The notes: generated from the sequence alone by a model not told the origin. A DNA stretch of 64,000 bases from Tubiluchus corallicola (GCA_030141605.1 JAQGDQ010000079.1:434001-498000); one strand, 5' to 3'; counted from the stretch's first letter, positions 24,901-39,500 are shown. Program-made: numbers and translations.

Positions 24901-27900
24901 AACTCTTTCGATTGCTTCCAAAAAGTACTGCGACACGAAGGTGTTTTGGGCTTGTATAGAGGACTTGTGCCACAACTCGTTGGAGTTGCTCCTGAAAAAG
25001 CTATTAAATTAACGGTATTTTCATTCATGAAATTTATGTTAGAAAGAAATTGATTTCCTTGAAGAATTCATTATGTAATGGCATATCTTTAATGAGATCA
25101 GTCTCTGTTTGTTTATATTGTATCTGTATAGCTCTACATTTATCACATAACTAGTTTCATATTTTACTTTTTTCTTCGAAAGATTATGTGCAACAATTTT
25201 CTCTCTCTGTCTTCACCCACTTTCCTTTGTTTTTGAACAATTCGTGTTTGTGGTTAGTCCTGCTTTTCCATAATTCCATTTATTTATTCTGAGTTAATTT
25301 TTATGTTTATTTGGCAGATGAATGATTTTGTCAGAGACAAGGTAAGAAAACACAGTGGAGAGATGCCGTTCTGGGGAGAACTTCTTGCTGGTGGAACGGT
25401 GAGTCAACAAAGTCAAGGAGGTGTCAAAAAGAATGATAAAAGTTTTTAGCAATTTTCTTACCATTTTTATTAAGCAAGGTCTGAGCAAGGTCTGGCCATA
25501 GGTAGAAATAACCAATTTTTGTAAGATTAGTGTAATCGCAATCATTCAAAAATGACTTCAGTATTTGTAGTTTCAAGCCTTTGCATTGCAGTCTTTACTG
25601 TGTACGTCATTACCAAGGAGGTCCATATCTGGCTTTTTTAGGCCTTTAGTGTAGTACCACTTCTTTCGATCTAGTATTGTTAGGAAGTATTTTTGTTGAC
25701 ATTACATGTTGAGCAACTGGTATCTTCTTACTTAAATGGAAAAGTTGTGCATGTAGCCTTATTTATTTACCTGTTTGTTGAACCTGATTGTTCTTATATT
25801 GCCTGTAATTGAATATTTGCTTATCCATAATTAGCCTTAACTTTAAAATTGCATTTTCTTCTACATCAGATGAGAAGCATCATTAAATTCAGAATTTGTA
25901 GACAACTCTGGAAGAGCAGTTAATGGATGAAAAGAAAGTAAATAATTTTGTGAGAAAAAATTTATGAAATGTCATATTGATTTTAGAGCACTCAATCTTA
26001 CAGCCACAGACGTACTTGATTGCACTTAATTTTGACACACAGCAGGATTAATGTTATAAATTATACATACAAACTTATGCTGAAATAAAAAAAAACAATT
26101 TTGACAGTCTAGCATTCCAAAAATCATGTTTTAGGAAGATTTCATAATTTTTTTCTGAATTCTTTTTTACTCTTAAGAACTTAAGAATTGTCCACTTACT
26201 GAACTTTTTTTTCATTTTTAGCAGCATGTGATTTCCTGGGCTAAGAGATTTTTATTTTTTCTTTGTCTGTGTTTCTTCTCTTCTGTGAGCAGCTTTTACT
26301 TTATTAATCCATAAATATTGCAAGAAAAGTATGTTCTTTAACCATAACACTGTTTTACCTTTGCAGGCAGGTGCATCACAGGTTATCTTCACAAACCCCC
26401 TTGAGATTGTGAAAATACGTCTGCAGGTAGCAGGTGAGATAACGACTGGACCTCGGGTTGGTGCTGTGTCTGTTATTCGTGAACTTGGATTGTTTGGTTT
26501 ATATAAGGTAAAAGTCAATTTGGACTTTGCTGTAGATTGTTGAAAGTGTTACCTCTATCGTAAATAATAAATCTATTATTGTTACAGCTAGGAAAAATTT
26601 AATCATTGAACTTAACACAAAGAAAAGTTTGAAATTCCAGCCAAGCAGGAACTCGTGACTGCTTGTCACAGGTGCTAACCATTACATCATCATATTAGCA
26701 AGAGAATTAACTCTTTCATTTCTATTATTTATAGTCTCTCATAGTTTAGCTGCTTAGTGTTAGTTTAAATATTGTATGTTGAAAGATGGTCTATAAATAA
26801 TTATGAATGATAAAGAAAATAAATTTAACATTGCATAAAAAAATTGTTTCAAGAAGGTAGATTTTTCATCTCTTTCCAATCTTGACCTACAATATTCTGA
26901 CTGTACACTATTAAATATTCTTTTAATGTTTTGGCTGAACCGTAGAGGTTGCAAAATTTATTTTGTATTTATCGTAATTAGGAAATTAAAAATGTGCTTA
27001 GTATTATTCTAAAACACATCTAAATTTTCGAAACAAAATGCAACTTTGCATTTTCTTAAAAGAGAGTTGAGGTTTTTTAGTAAGTATGTGTAAAAAATTG
27101 CTTATGATACCCCAAGACTATCGATTCATCCTGATTCTGTTTTCATCGGTTTTCACTGCATGGCGGATTTTTATTGAGGTTGTGTCACTCTGATCCATAT
27201 CTACTTCGACACTCACTAGTCGGACAAGAACAATAAAATGCTTAGTGTTTTATGCAACAGTTTTTGATTTTCTGGGTCTTTGAAGTGCTTTGAGCTGTCA
27301 TCAGTCTCATGGCAGGGACAGGGGTAATACTAGTGTCCATCTCCTCCACAAAACTTTCACATTTACTACGTTTGAGATTTTTTAAGGCTTGTTTTAAACT
27401 AAATACTGTTAGTTTTTGTCATAAGAGTGTGCTTATATTCCACCAATTCTTGGTTCAAACCAACATTACCATTTATAAAGTTTTGCAGTGTGACCTGACA
27501 AGCATTACTTCTTGAATCGTATTCATTAAATTGAAAGTAAGGTATAATATAGTTGTCAGACAACCTGCTGCTGCTATAGCAAGCAGCAGCTAGACAGAAA
27601 GCACCTTCACATTGAATCATGTGCCTGGCCAGTCACTTGCTTTGTAAACAGGCTGCTCTGGGCTTCAAACCTAATGATTGTTTACTGGCAACCCAAAGTC
27701 TGGGGAAAAAGATTCTTGGTCCCCGATTTGACCCGTTTTCTGTGGACCAGTCACTTATTTTCTATGTGCAAATTGTTGAGTGCAAAGTTTAAAAAAATAG
27801 TCAGCAGACAGTTCACCAGTAATTACAGACATTTTTTCTAGATAGCAATTGTCTCTTTGTGTGATAATAATTTAATACAGAAACATAGTTTACTTGGTAA

Positions 27901-30900
27901 TAAACAACAAAATATTTATTTTTGTTTACTCTGCTTTTTAGTGTATCCTTGAGTACCTTGTATCCCGCTTATAGTGTTTAATGATGAATTTTAATTACAA
28001 GTGTATGTGCACATATCTACGTATTGCAGTTTAAATTCTAGGCATTAAATCCTCAGCAGACTGAAAAATGGAAGTTAAATTAGTACATTACCCGTTGTGG
28101 TTGGGCAGAAGTGTTGGAACTATGGTTTACAACCACATATTCGTACGCCAGCCCATGACTATTCTAAGCAAGTTTGTTTTTCATAAATGAAAAAATCAGC
28201 CCTGTTAGTGTAATCCCGCTCAGCTTATAACAATAGCGGCAGCAACCTGAATTAAGCTATTGCAAAAAAGAGGCGAGAATTCAATTTTCTCTTTACAGAG
28301 ACCTACATATTATTCTGATAGAGCTGACTTAGTTAAAAATCAACATGTACCATTTTTACACGTTTCTGCAGTGCGGCAGCTTACTGAGCTTAAAATACAG
28401 CTTATGATCTGAGTGGCATCATAAGCTAAATGGAGGTGGCTTTTTCTACCAACCGTGACTGTACTGACTGAGTCACACATGGCAGGTTATAGTACGATAT
28501 GGATAAATCACTAAAACATATACTTGTAAAAAGACCTCAGCACTCCTTGAGCCTAAAAGAATTTCATTCTTTTCAAATTGCCAAAACTAAAGTAGCTTGA
28601 AGGTTGCTTGCTCACGGATTTTGTAACTAAATTTTGTGAAAATATTTTATCACATCAGCAGACCTGAACCCTTTTGCATGTATTATAAATGAAAAGTAGA
28701 GACTAATTTTTGGCATGGAAAAAGTTAATTAATTTACTTGGTCGTGTTTGCTGAATCCAATTTCTTTTTGACTACTTTGCATCTCATTGATTGATTTTTG
28801 TTGCTTTGCTTTGCATGCCAATTTTTTTATTATAACTGGCATCTATGTTTTAATGATTGCATCAATATTATCACTCATTTCTTGTTATAATGGGACTTTT
28901 CTAAATGAGCTATGCTCTTATGTGTGCGTATAGCAATTTAACCTATGAAGCAGAAGAATTGCTAAACTATATTAATTTATTTGCCGTGGCTAGTCTCTGA
29001 GACTGAGCTGCTAAATACTAAGTACCGTAACTAGCTACTGCTTTGCAACTTTGTTTCATACTAATTGTTTGTTGCAACAGGCTGTATTATTAATTATGTT
29101 TTCACTGCTGTAGGGTGCTAGAGCTTGCTTCTTGCGTGATATACCATTCAGTATGATCTACTTTCCCACTTATGCTCATGGCAAGCAGCTGCTTGCTGAC
29201 AAAGAGGGACAGACTTCACCGCTAGGTCTCATGACAGCTGGCGTTATTGCTGGTAGGTTAGCTGTTAACATTTTTTCTTTGCTACTATGCTAGTGCAAAA
29301 TTAGTCATTAATAGTTTAAGTAGATTGGAATTAAGATTTTATTTGCTGTATGCTTCAAAGGTAAGATTGACACCTTAAATAAACAGTTGTATGGTCTTTG
29401 CCATACAGGTGTATTTTTATACTCTCGTGGAAAATCAAGCATATTTTTCAGTACATTTTGCATTTTATATTTGATAATATTTGTGCATTACACACATGAT
29501 TACCTACAAATAAATAAACAAAAATATACAAAATAGCTTAATTTGCGAAATAGTCATGCATAGCATTCTAAAATTTTTGTACTGGCACTATAATGTAACA
29601 TATAGCAGTTACAGATAGCTAACATTTCTGTTATATGAGAGAATGATGTCGTCAGTCACATCACATTGTTTAAAATGTTCCTTCCTTTTTTGCTTTTGTG
29701 ATTCAAACATATAGGTGCTGAATTAATATTAACTGTAATGCTGTTCTAATCTGATTCCCTTAGTAAGTTTAGGCCTCAGTTGGGCTAGCAAAGAATTTCG
29801 TGACCCGAATGTTACAGTGTTCCCAAAATATAGAAATGTACTAGTTATCAGTCAGCAACCAATATTTGGTTTTTGATTTTATTCATAGACTGTTTCAGAA
29901 AAAATGTCACCACTTTCCTTCTAATCTAGCCCTTAGATTTCAGAAATGATTGTGAATCATTGAGAGAGATCTTTCCTTTCGCTGCCTCGTTTTTCTCAAA
30001 ACAAAACTAACCAAAACCACAGATACGAAGTGTCATGTCACCACGGTGTTGATGTACTCGGAGTTCATTTGATTGATTTGGTGCACTAACGTGTTTCTCA
30101 CTGAGTGCTGATTCATATTCTATTAACTGCTACCAATATAGGTGCTTTGTTGTAGGTATGCCTGCTGCTTCTCTAACAACTCCAGCAGATGTTATCAAGA
30201 CTCGATTACAGGTGGCAGCACGTGCAGGGCAGACAACTTACAGTGGCGTAATTGATTGTGCGCACAAACTCTTGCGCGAAGAAGGATTCAAAGCATTTTG
30301 GAAAGGTGCACCGGGTAGGTATTTTCTGTATTTAAGAGGTGTCTTACTCTGAATGTGAATCAGTCAAAACAACCGAATACATTACATAGTGCATAATGTG
30401 TCCCTGTAACAGTTGACCCAATTTCAGTTAGTTGAGGAAAATTGAGGAACACTGAGCGAAACTAAAACTTGCAGAGTTTTGTTTTAAGAGGTAATTCATG
30501 TCTCATTACAGTGTAGAGGTTGCTCACTGTTGGTTTCCCATTTGCCTTGCATACCTGATATAGCTTTATCTGACACCTAATTTACTTCTATTCTGTCAAT
30601 AGAAAATATTCCAAAGTTTAATTTTTAGAACAAGTGATAATATCATAGGTGCTGTTATTACTGAAGGTATAATATATAACTTTCTATCATCAATATAAAT
30701 TTTTACCAACAAGGGAAGACAAATATAGAATATTTGTAAAATAAGTGCACTGCACTTAAAAAGTACAGTCTGAAGTAAGTGCAGCTTAAAAACAAAAGCA
30801 CAAAACAACTAGTCTTGCTGACATTTTTTTAGTTAATGAAAAGAGCTTTTTGATTGTTGCTGTATAATGCAACAAAATCTGGCAATTTGTTGCTAAAACA

Positions 30901-32309
30901 GCTTTTCGTCAACTTTTCATGTATTGTATAAGAACATCATTGCATCTCGTGGTATTGCAAATGAATATTGTACGGCATTGTTAAAATGTCTTTGTGTGAG
31001 AATAAACAGAGAAATAAGAAAACTTATTAATCTGTATACAAAGTTAACCTTTCTTTGATTTTTCCTTTTCCTTTCTCTGATTATTGTAAATTGTAAATTA
31101 TTGTGTTAACTGTTCAATTGGCAGCTTAGAGCGACTTTTACTATGATGTGTTTGCTTGACAATTTTCCATGAGAACTCTTGTTTTTGTTTTCAGCACGGA
31201 TGGTAAGATCGTCCCCACAGTTTGGAGTCACACTTCTTACTTACGAACTATTGCAAAGGTTCTTTTACATCGACTTTGCAGGAAGGTATGTGTAGATTAG
31301 GGGTGAGCATCGAAAGTTCGAGTTCGAACGTTTGAATTTGATTCGAACCTGAAACTATAGATTTGAATAATTCACCACTTCAATCACATACGTTCTTTAT
31401 CATTAAAACGATTGAAACATCATGCACTTAACATAACTTAGCGTGATTTCTGTGCACAATTTTAAACAAATTATCAGTGGTTTTACTGCAGAACAAAATC
31501 GAGCAATATGCATGATCTTTATGAGACTAATTTTTACTGGTGGTTCGTAAACTAGTTTGAAAATCTTTCGAAATACTGAAGTTCGGTTCGATTCAAATTC
31601 GAAAGTCACAAATTCGATTCGATTCGATTTCGCTTTCTGGTAGAAAATGCTCACCTCTAGTGTAGATCTAGTGTAGATACTTGTGCAATTGTGTATAATT
31701 TAAAGCACTTTCCTTTGACATTACGTTTTTTCCAAAGACTTTAGGTTGCTCATACTTTAATTTTTTTATTGTAAAAGTTGAATTTCCCATGTAATGATTA
31801 TTAATGCTTGGAATATAAAAGTTCGAGTCTGGAAGGTAAAAGCTCAAAGGCAAGAGAAATTTCCGTGTGAAGTTTTTGAGGTTTGAAGTAAACAGATTTG
31901 CTGTACAACTGCACTACAAATTTTTATGTACTTCCCTTACATACAAGAAGTACTGAGCTGTTTGAGTTTGTGATATATTATTTAGCGCAAAATTGGTGAA
32001 AATTTATGAATATGCTTCAAGCCCACATAGTTTGCAGGTGCAGTTTGTAAGTCAGTTTTCTTTATAATTTTCAAAATTAATGTGCAGTTACAACTTCAAA
32101 TGGAATCTTATTGCTTTTACAATTTTAGCCGTCCAATAGGATCTATGAAACTACCGGTGCCCACTGGTCCCGAGCAGTCACCAAACCCTCACCATATTGG
32201 CGGATACAAGTTAGCTGTTGCTGTTTTCAGCGGAATCGAGTCAAAGTTTGGCTTATTTTTCCCAAAATTTGAGGTGCCTAATATAAGCATGCAGAATGCT
32301 ACAGCATAA
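12994..32309 (+). CDS. SLC25A12: Calcium-binding mitochondrial aspartate/glutamate carrier (aralar1; SLC25A12/SLC25A13 co-orthologue), 685 aa or 707 aa with exon 2
   Basis: Exons 12994-13059, 15262-15327 (tentative), 15905-15958, 17586-17728, 18426-18541, 19528-19667, 20285-20431, 21051-21189, 22145-22238, 23761-23845, 24132-24207, 24809-25014, 25318-25398, 26367-26507, 29114-29252, 30156-30314, 31195-31285 and 32129-32309. All phases are consistent. It has N-terminal EF-hands ([25 protein letters not shown]), three carrier signatures ([27 protein letters not shown]) and the C-terminal HIGGYKLA...GIESKFGL motif. Confidence 0.96.
13181..13645. mobile_element. MITE with ~40-bp terminal inverted repeats in aralar intron 1
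   Basis: The left end acaagcgtcgtacatggactagcccaagtagg matches the reverse complement of the right end, acaagtttcgtacatggacagtccaagtaggg. Confidence 0.65.
14376..15113. mobile_element. Degenerate Tc1/pogo (Tigger-like) non-autonomous element
   Basis: TA-CAGTAGGTGCTATTTATTGA at the left end; the reverse complement of the right end is TA-CCGTAAGTGCCTCTTAATAGA. Both ends are TA-flanked, and similar subterminal repeats occur at both ends. Confidence 0.55.
16990..17300 (+). mobile_element. Decayed 3' end of a CR1/L2-type LINE
   Basis: Residual peptides [13 protein letters not shown] and KLRLKSLLL resemble the conserved L2/CR1 ORF2 C-terminus (RAFSxAGPRLWNxLP...FKxxLKTxLF). The reading frame is disrupted. 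Confidence 0.4.
26637..26690 (-). mobile_element. Possible tRNA-derived SINE head remnant
   Basis: The minus strand reads gatgtaatggttagcacctgtgacaagcagtcacgagttcctgcttggctgg, with an A-box-like TGTAATGGTTAGC and a degenerate B box. No intact cloverleaf. Confidence 0.25.
31298..31659. mobile_element. hAT-superfamily MITE with 8-bp TSD in the last aralar intron
   Basis: TIRs are TAGGGGTGAGCAT and ATGCTCACCTCTA, with subterminal TTCGA repeats at both ends. The perfect TSD GTGTAGAT lies at 31290-31297 and 31660-31667. Confidence 0.9.
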
Positions 32310-35049
32310 CCCGGTAGGAAATAGGATGTTTTTTAATTCTAAGTGTTATTTATTGTTGTGATTATTATGATGTGGCAAGCGGTCGTTATTTGTTAACTGA
32401 ATCAACACATGCAGAGTTATGTTGGGGTGGCCCATTGTACTAACACTCTGCGGTTTACCCCAATAAGTACTTGTATAAATTAATCGTTATTAATGTCATA
32501 TAATAATCTATAATGTAAAGTAGGCATATGTTTTTTGATAAATAGTAACACAAACAGAGAGATAAAGTTTTTTGCCTTAACTTATTGTTAGTGTTTTAAT
32601 ATAATTGATTTTACAGATCTTATTTGTGGTTCTACATTGATGGCTGTCTTCTGACGTATTTACGTTTTCGTTTTGTACTAATCCAATTTATAGATTTGTG
32701 GTATTGGTTTGCAGTGTGCATAATGGAAGCTTAGCTAGGTATCTGTTTCTTTAGAATAGGTGTTATACAATGAGCACAGAATTATGAGAAATGGAATCTG
32801 AAACAATTGGTAATGATAAACATGATAACATATAGTGAAGGGAGTGTTGCCTATTTCTTTCAAAATTTTGTTGATTCTGTTCTTGCTAATTTCTATTACC
32901 ATTAACTATCAACTAGTCATAATTAAAATGGGGTCCTGAATTTTGAGGATGGATTAAAGAAAAACATCCATATTTTAAAATTCTTAGATTAATGTCATAT
33001 CAGTGATTTTTTTCCACGTTGATAATGTTTTCAATAAGATGCCATTTACTGAAAATATTCATTTTATTTTGTTGCTTTAAGTGATGTGGCAGCACATTGC
33101 GTCCCATTAATACATGCACATTTCACCGTTTAGAAACACTTTGTGGAAAATGGCAGTAATTTGTTAAATAAACTAATTTATGAGAGTGTTAAGCAGAATG
33201 GGGTGGTTGAGTAAGTTGCTTGTGCAACGTTCAACATCACCTGTCTGAGAGTTGGGATGTTTAACTAGTTCTGACAAGGAAGAGCTGGTCACATTTCTAG
33301 ATAAGAATATTCTGGATTAAATATTGCAAATTGGAAGGGTAATTTCATTGCTGTGATAACTGTAGAATGCTTATTGGTTTTGCACATCATATACAATTAT
33401 TCATGCACACAGGGCTGTTGGTTCTCAAAATTGATCTTTGCATGAAAATTGTTCAGATTATTGTATTCTAAATAGCCACTTATTAGGTATGAAAACATAC
33501 ATCAAAATTAGTATTTACAAAGTACATACTACTTTCATTTTCAGAGTGCAACAATTTCAGTCTATTAGTAAAATTCTCAATATGTTTCAGTAGTCTATCA
33601 ATAACATTCTAAATGTGTTCAAGTATCTATTTGAACGGTACTAAATTACCAAGTTTTAAAAAGATGTAATGGGCAAACTTCTTAGAAGACCACGTAAAGT
33701 ACATTTTGTACATTCAGGTTGCTGTAAAAATAGCAATGTGTAAAGCCTCTAAAATTTAAGTTGGAAACATTAGGTGTACTAGGCATTTTGATAAAATTGT
33801 TTTTAAACTACCCCTAATTTTCACAGCTCTGGTGCTGAGTCGTCAAGGAACCCATCTCATGTGGTTTTTTGGTAATAAAGTATTTCTTGATTGCTTATTC
33901 GGTCTTGAATTACAACTACACACACTGACAAAAAATACATTCTATGGCCCAAGATCATGGTCATTTCAGATTTTAGAACTTAGTAATTTAGATTAAGAAT
34001 CTTGCATTTAACACTTATTTTGGTATTTATTAGTCACTTTTGGCAAATAAATGAGTTCTTGAATAAGTTTAGAATGCTTGCTGATAGACTGTAGTTGATG
34101 TGTTGAAAAATACAGTATGCCCTGAACTCGCAATTCCAAATATCGTTTTTACTGTAAATATATAATTATGTTCTCCATATTCTCAGAGAGTTTTTCTATA
34201 GTAATTAAGTATTATACAGTTTTGCTTTTGATAATATGGTAGTGTTGCATGTGTGGGTTTAAAATAATGTGGAATGATTAAATTCTCTTGTTCTCTTCAG
34301 CTGTAATGTTTAGCTGATGCTTGGATTGTTTTGGATTTCTCAAGTTATTTATTTCTCATGTTTGCCTTTGTTTACATTGTATTGTCGTAGTATAATCAAA
34401 GTACAATATCTCTTTTATTCAATTGTGCATAAGGGCAAAAATGGTGACATTGAATGTGGCATTTCCAAACTGAGTTGCCATAGCTAACACAGTATTCATG
34501 ACCAAGACATCATAGAGGCAGTCGGGCTAAAGCCATATTGTAAATATACTCAATAATGGCATATTACACATTCTGCACTCATAAACAAAAAAGTTTGGTG
34601 AATCCACTTGGAATGCTGTGAATTGTGTCATCGTTTTTTCACACTGCGCTAATTCAGTTACCAAGTAATGATTTTAGTTCTAGTACATGGTATTATATTC
34701 TAACTGTCCTACTTTTTTGTATTTAATTTGAAGTTACATGTCTTGATACTATAACATTTGAAATAACTTTTCTGTGAACAGTTTTGCATGTAATTTTTTT
34801 GTGCTTTTTTAAATCTGAAATTGAACTGAGTGACATTTTTCAAAACTTTCTTAGCATCTTACACTTCTTTCTAAATTCTGTTATTAGTAGTTACGGTCTT
34901 GGTAGTTAAGGTATTTCTGTTTATCCTGATGTGTTGTAACATTTTTGTGTAGGCCTGCATTGTTTTGTGTAAGTACTAAACATAATTGGAATCGTACTAA
35001 TTCATTGATGTGGCTGTATGGTTTGGAACTGATATGCTGAACATATACG

Positions 35050-35116
35050 AATAAACAGTAAATAAATAAAATAAAATAAACAAGTAGATAAATAAAATAA
35101 AATAAAATTAATAAAA
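35050..35116. repeat. (AAATA)n A-rich simple repeat, possibly a retroelement tail
   Basis: aataaataaaataaaataaacaagtagataaataaaataaaataaaattaataaaa. Confidence 0.6.
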
Positions 35117-36584
35117 GCTGATAACGTCATAAAAGTCTTAAGAACATTGAAACTTTGTGCAGTAGGTGACTTAATTGCACAAACTCGGTGTTTATTTAGT
35201 GAATTTTACTTTTTCTGAGTTCTTATGATATTTCATAATGCACAAAACCTGCAGAAATTTGTCAAAATTCCATGTAGTCAGTGCACAAAATTGAAAGCCT
35301 TTATACAACATAAATTTGGCTAATTGTGAATGGTAGCTAATTTGAACGCATCATTTCAGTTAAAATACACAGCCTAAAAGCAATTAGGGTGGCTTTTAAG
35401 GTACTCCGTATTGGAATAGTTGTTCTGAGAGCACAAAGTGGATTTAAATGTGTACCTGAAAGATCCTTAGGAAAAAACAACTACTTTAAGTGTTTTACTA
35501 CCGGTTTGTTCTTTGAAAAATTAAATTTACTGTATGTATGGACATTGGTGATATCTTTTTCTTTGCTTTTGTACTTGGACATTTTGAAGTTGGCTTCATC
35601 TCACACTTTCTAAGGCTTGAAAATTATTTTGCAGTTAACTGCTAACATTTATTTGTTTTTTTTGTTTATAACTTATTACGCAATCTCCATTGTTTTTCAG
35701 TCTCCTATTTATTATTAACTTTTTGATTCTTGTAATAATGTTTTCATATTGTAGTGTACAGTATTTGTGTTATAATATTATGCTTTAATAGGAAATGCTG
35801 CCAAATATATTATGATTATTATAAAGATTATTACATTTTTAAAAATATTATTGTGTATTTTATATGCTTTTCTGTTTTGGTTTTAGTTTCAAATTATTTT
35901 GCCTGTAAACAAACACCAGTAAAAAGTAGGTACTAAAGTAGCTGCCCATTTGTTATATTACATTATTATTTTGGCTTATGTAACAAGTGTGTAACAGAGT
36001 CAAAGTTGTCCGTCAGAATAAGAAAGATGTTTTCACTAAGAGTTCAGCTAATCACTCTAAGAACATTGGTTGCCCTCCATCAATAAATAAAGCACTCACG
36101 GAAGCTGCAGAATACTAAGAAAATTGATACCACTCTTTCACCTTAGAAGCTTAGCATTTTAATTTGTTACTATAGCAACACTGACGGTGGAGTGCAGTTT
36201 AATAAAATATTAATCTCTAGAGCTAATTGATTGATTGCTGGACACTTGATTGTTAGTTGGAGTTGGAAATGATGGTAGATTAGGTAAAGAATTAATTGGA
36301 ATTTAATGATGCATTTTACAAAAAAGTAAGCCATTATGTCAGCTTAATAATTAGAACAAGTGGTAGAACTTTTATGAATAAACTCTTGTTTTCTTTGTCT
36401 AGAAACCATTTGATGAGGCACACCTTGTGGTATGGCATACCTTCTACTAATTAAGTAATTGGTTCTTGTGATTAATTAATAATTCAGATATTTGCGTCAT
36501 ACCATTGATTTTGCCAGCCAGCAAGTCAGTGTTAGGTGAAGTAGCAAACAATAAGCATGAAATTAAAAATGTGTCTAAACTGAA

Positions 36585-39500
36585 ATGGAAAAAGCGACAA
36601 TTGTTGAGATAGCAGTACTTTTGGTAATCTTTTTCAAAACAGCAAATGGTTTCTTTGATGCACCTCTGTCTGGTAGTACAAAAGTTTATCCTTGGACGAT
36701 ACATAAGACGAACTATAAAGTGAAAGACCACCTTTTAAGGGACCATGTTATTACTGAATTTGATTCAGTTCGCATGTTGCAGCTGTGTGCAAGACAGTGT
36801 TTAACACATGATAGGTGAGTTTTTTGTTTTTTCTTTTTGTCTATTTTTAGACTACTTTTTCTGTTATTTAAGCCTTAGTATTCATCTTATTATGTTTTCA
36901 ATTTATATCTCTCCAACACTAATTATGGTATTGTTTGTTTTTGTTTCAGATGCCGCAGCTTTAATTACTTTCCAGCCGAGTCTCGCTGTGAACTCAGCAA
37001 CACCACACATGTTGACGCACCCGATGACCTTGTAAAAGTCATTGGGGCAGAATATTATTTACGCTCCACATTTAGTATCGATAAGGTACACCTTTTTAGT
37101 TTACGTTTAAGGTATAATAAATACAGTTTTATTGAAATTTAACATCAATGTTGATTTACACTATTTTGGCTATTTCTCTCTATTTTAGTATATTGCTTAA
37201 AATTTCTGAATGTTTTGATGTATAATTTAATATAAACCGTGATGAATCTAAAAACCAAACACTCAGCAAAGAAATGTACCTTATTTCAGTTACATTGCCC
37301 TATGATTTATTACCATGATCTTAGATTGCACAACTAAAAAGAAAGCTAGCAGGTAGGGTCCATGACTTAAATCATTTTCAGTGTCAATGCAAAATGCGAT
37401 TGAAAAATTGCAGGATAAACTCATAGACTTGTATTGCATTTTGAAGCAAGCACCTTAGATTGGAGTTGACACGGCTTGGCGTAGCTTTGTATATTTGTCT
37501 GTGTCGTGTTTGGTTTTCAAATTTATTGTGAAGATGTAAGTTCCAACACACGAATAATTTACAATTTAACATTAATATTCTGTGAATTTGCATGAGTTGG
37601 CAATTAAAAGATGTTTAGTGGGCATTGGTAAGTCATTTCCTGCCATTGAATGATGCATTATTAAAAACTTGATGGGCATGTAGCTACCAAGACTCGCATT
37701 AAATAATTTATAGGTATACAGGTAGCTGGCGCTAATGGCTCAGAATGTCTGTTTCTAATTAATTTTTAATTAAGTCATCCAATCTAATTACTTAAGATGT
37801 TGACACGCAATAAAACCATTTCCATAAGTATGTTTTTGAATTCCGTTACTAGTTTCTTGTGTAATTAATTAACAGTCAAACCACTTTTGTGAGAAGTAAA
37901 AAATGCATAAGGTCGCATTTATTTTGAAGACAGTAAGTCAGTTTGAGTCAGCCTTAGTTTATTTAATTGTTTTTCAATACAAGTAGAAAAAATTGTGGTA
38001 TTACTAGTTGTTGTGAATAAGCAGAAATATTATTTCCCTAGCTGCTATGAAAGAGAAATTATAGCCAGTTATAATGGCCAAAGAAGAAATTGGAAAAATC
38101 TATATTTTTTAGCATACAAAATGGGAAAACTTAAACTAATTATTATGTGTCATAAAATCAGTTAATTCGATACCAAGTTCTGTCAGAATACGAATGTTTA
38201 ACATTTGAAATACTGTGATTGAACTGTTTGTATTCATGGTTTTAGGGTTCACTTTTATTGAAAACCCCGAGCTTATATAATCATGACCTTGAGTGTTGGG
38301 TTCTATATGTGCATTATTTAGTGAATTTGTTGTAAGTAATACTTTTTTTCCCTTAATTATAGGAAGCGTTAGGTGGCTGCGGTTCTAGGAAATGCCCGTC
38401 TAGTGGCATGTGCATAGAAGGCTGTTACGGTGATAAAGACAGTGAGTGTGTCTGCTTTGGGGATAACAGCAAGACAGACAAATGTGAAGAAAGAGGTATT
38501 GCTAAAAGTTTAAATGTCTTTGAAATTATAGGAAACCTATACTTTTAGTCGTTGGCTGAATGTATTCTGTAACTTGTTCATTTTGATTTTATTAATAACT
38601 TAAGTTTTGTAACTAAAAAATCTCGTTTCCTTTGGTATGCTTCTTCATTCACTTACATTTATTATTATTAAAATGTTTTCTTTAGGGTTACCACGGTGGT
38701 CTGAGTGGTCAAAGTGGTCTCCTTGCACAGTGTCATGTGGGTATGGATTACATACCAGAACTCGCCATTGCACTGATCCAGGCAACAATGATGCCCCTCT
38801 GCCTGACGTAAATTGTGGAGATACGAGCGAGGAAACGAGGCTGTGTCATGTAACACCATGTCCATGTAAGTATTAACAATACTAATCTGTGAGCTTCGTG
38901 AAAACTGACCATTTATTTCTTTTCTGTAAATTAGGTTTTTTAACTTTTTTACATAGTTCAGGGCTGTGCAAGTTAGAATCATTCACACAAATGCAGGGCA
39001 TACTACCACTTAGAAACTATCTTGTCAGAAGTCACCTACCCTTTCCATTTACTGGACAAGTTTGGCTTTGGTCACTAATTCACTAAGCACTCATTGTGAC
39101 GCTCAGCTGATCTTTTCGCCTTTCATTTTCAGATTCACTACTGAATTTTATCACCTTACTAAATATACTAAATGATAAAAAGTGTCAGTAAGTAGCCATT
39201 TAATTAGCACTACAACTTTAAAATTCATTGTGTTTATTAAGGTAAACCTAAGATTAACCTAACAGTGCCGTTCAGACTAGCGAGTTTTCTTGTGTGACTT
39301 CTCTCTCTGACTACAACATTTAGAAGTAACTCACAGCAACTTGCTATAAATCGCAGCAAGTTTTTTGAACACACTGGTGAGCTACTGTAAGTTTACTTGG
39401 TCAACTATTGCGCGTTTACCAAGCAAGAAAACTCGCTAGTCTGAATGTGCCGTAAGTTTCATTAAGATGAAAAATAAGAACAATTATGTAGTAAAAGTGA

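Noticed and set aside
25339-25347. Strong internal donor AAG|GTAAGA inside aralar exon 13
   Set aside because: Using it would delete the conserved ELLAGG helix start. The downstream donor at 25398/25399 gives the complete carrier repeat.
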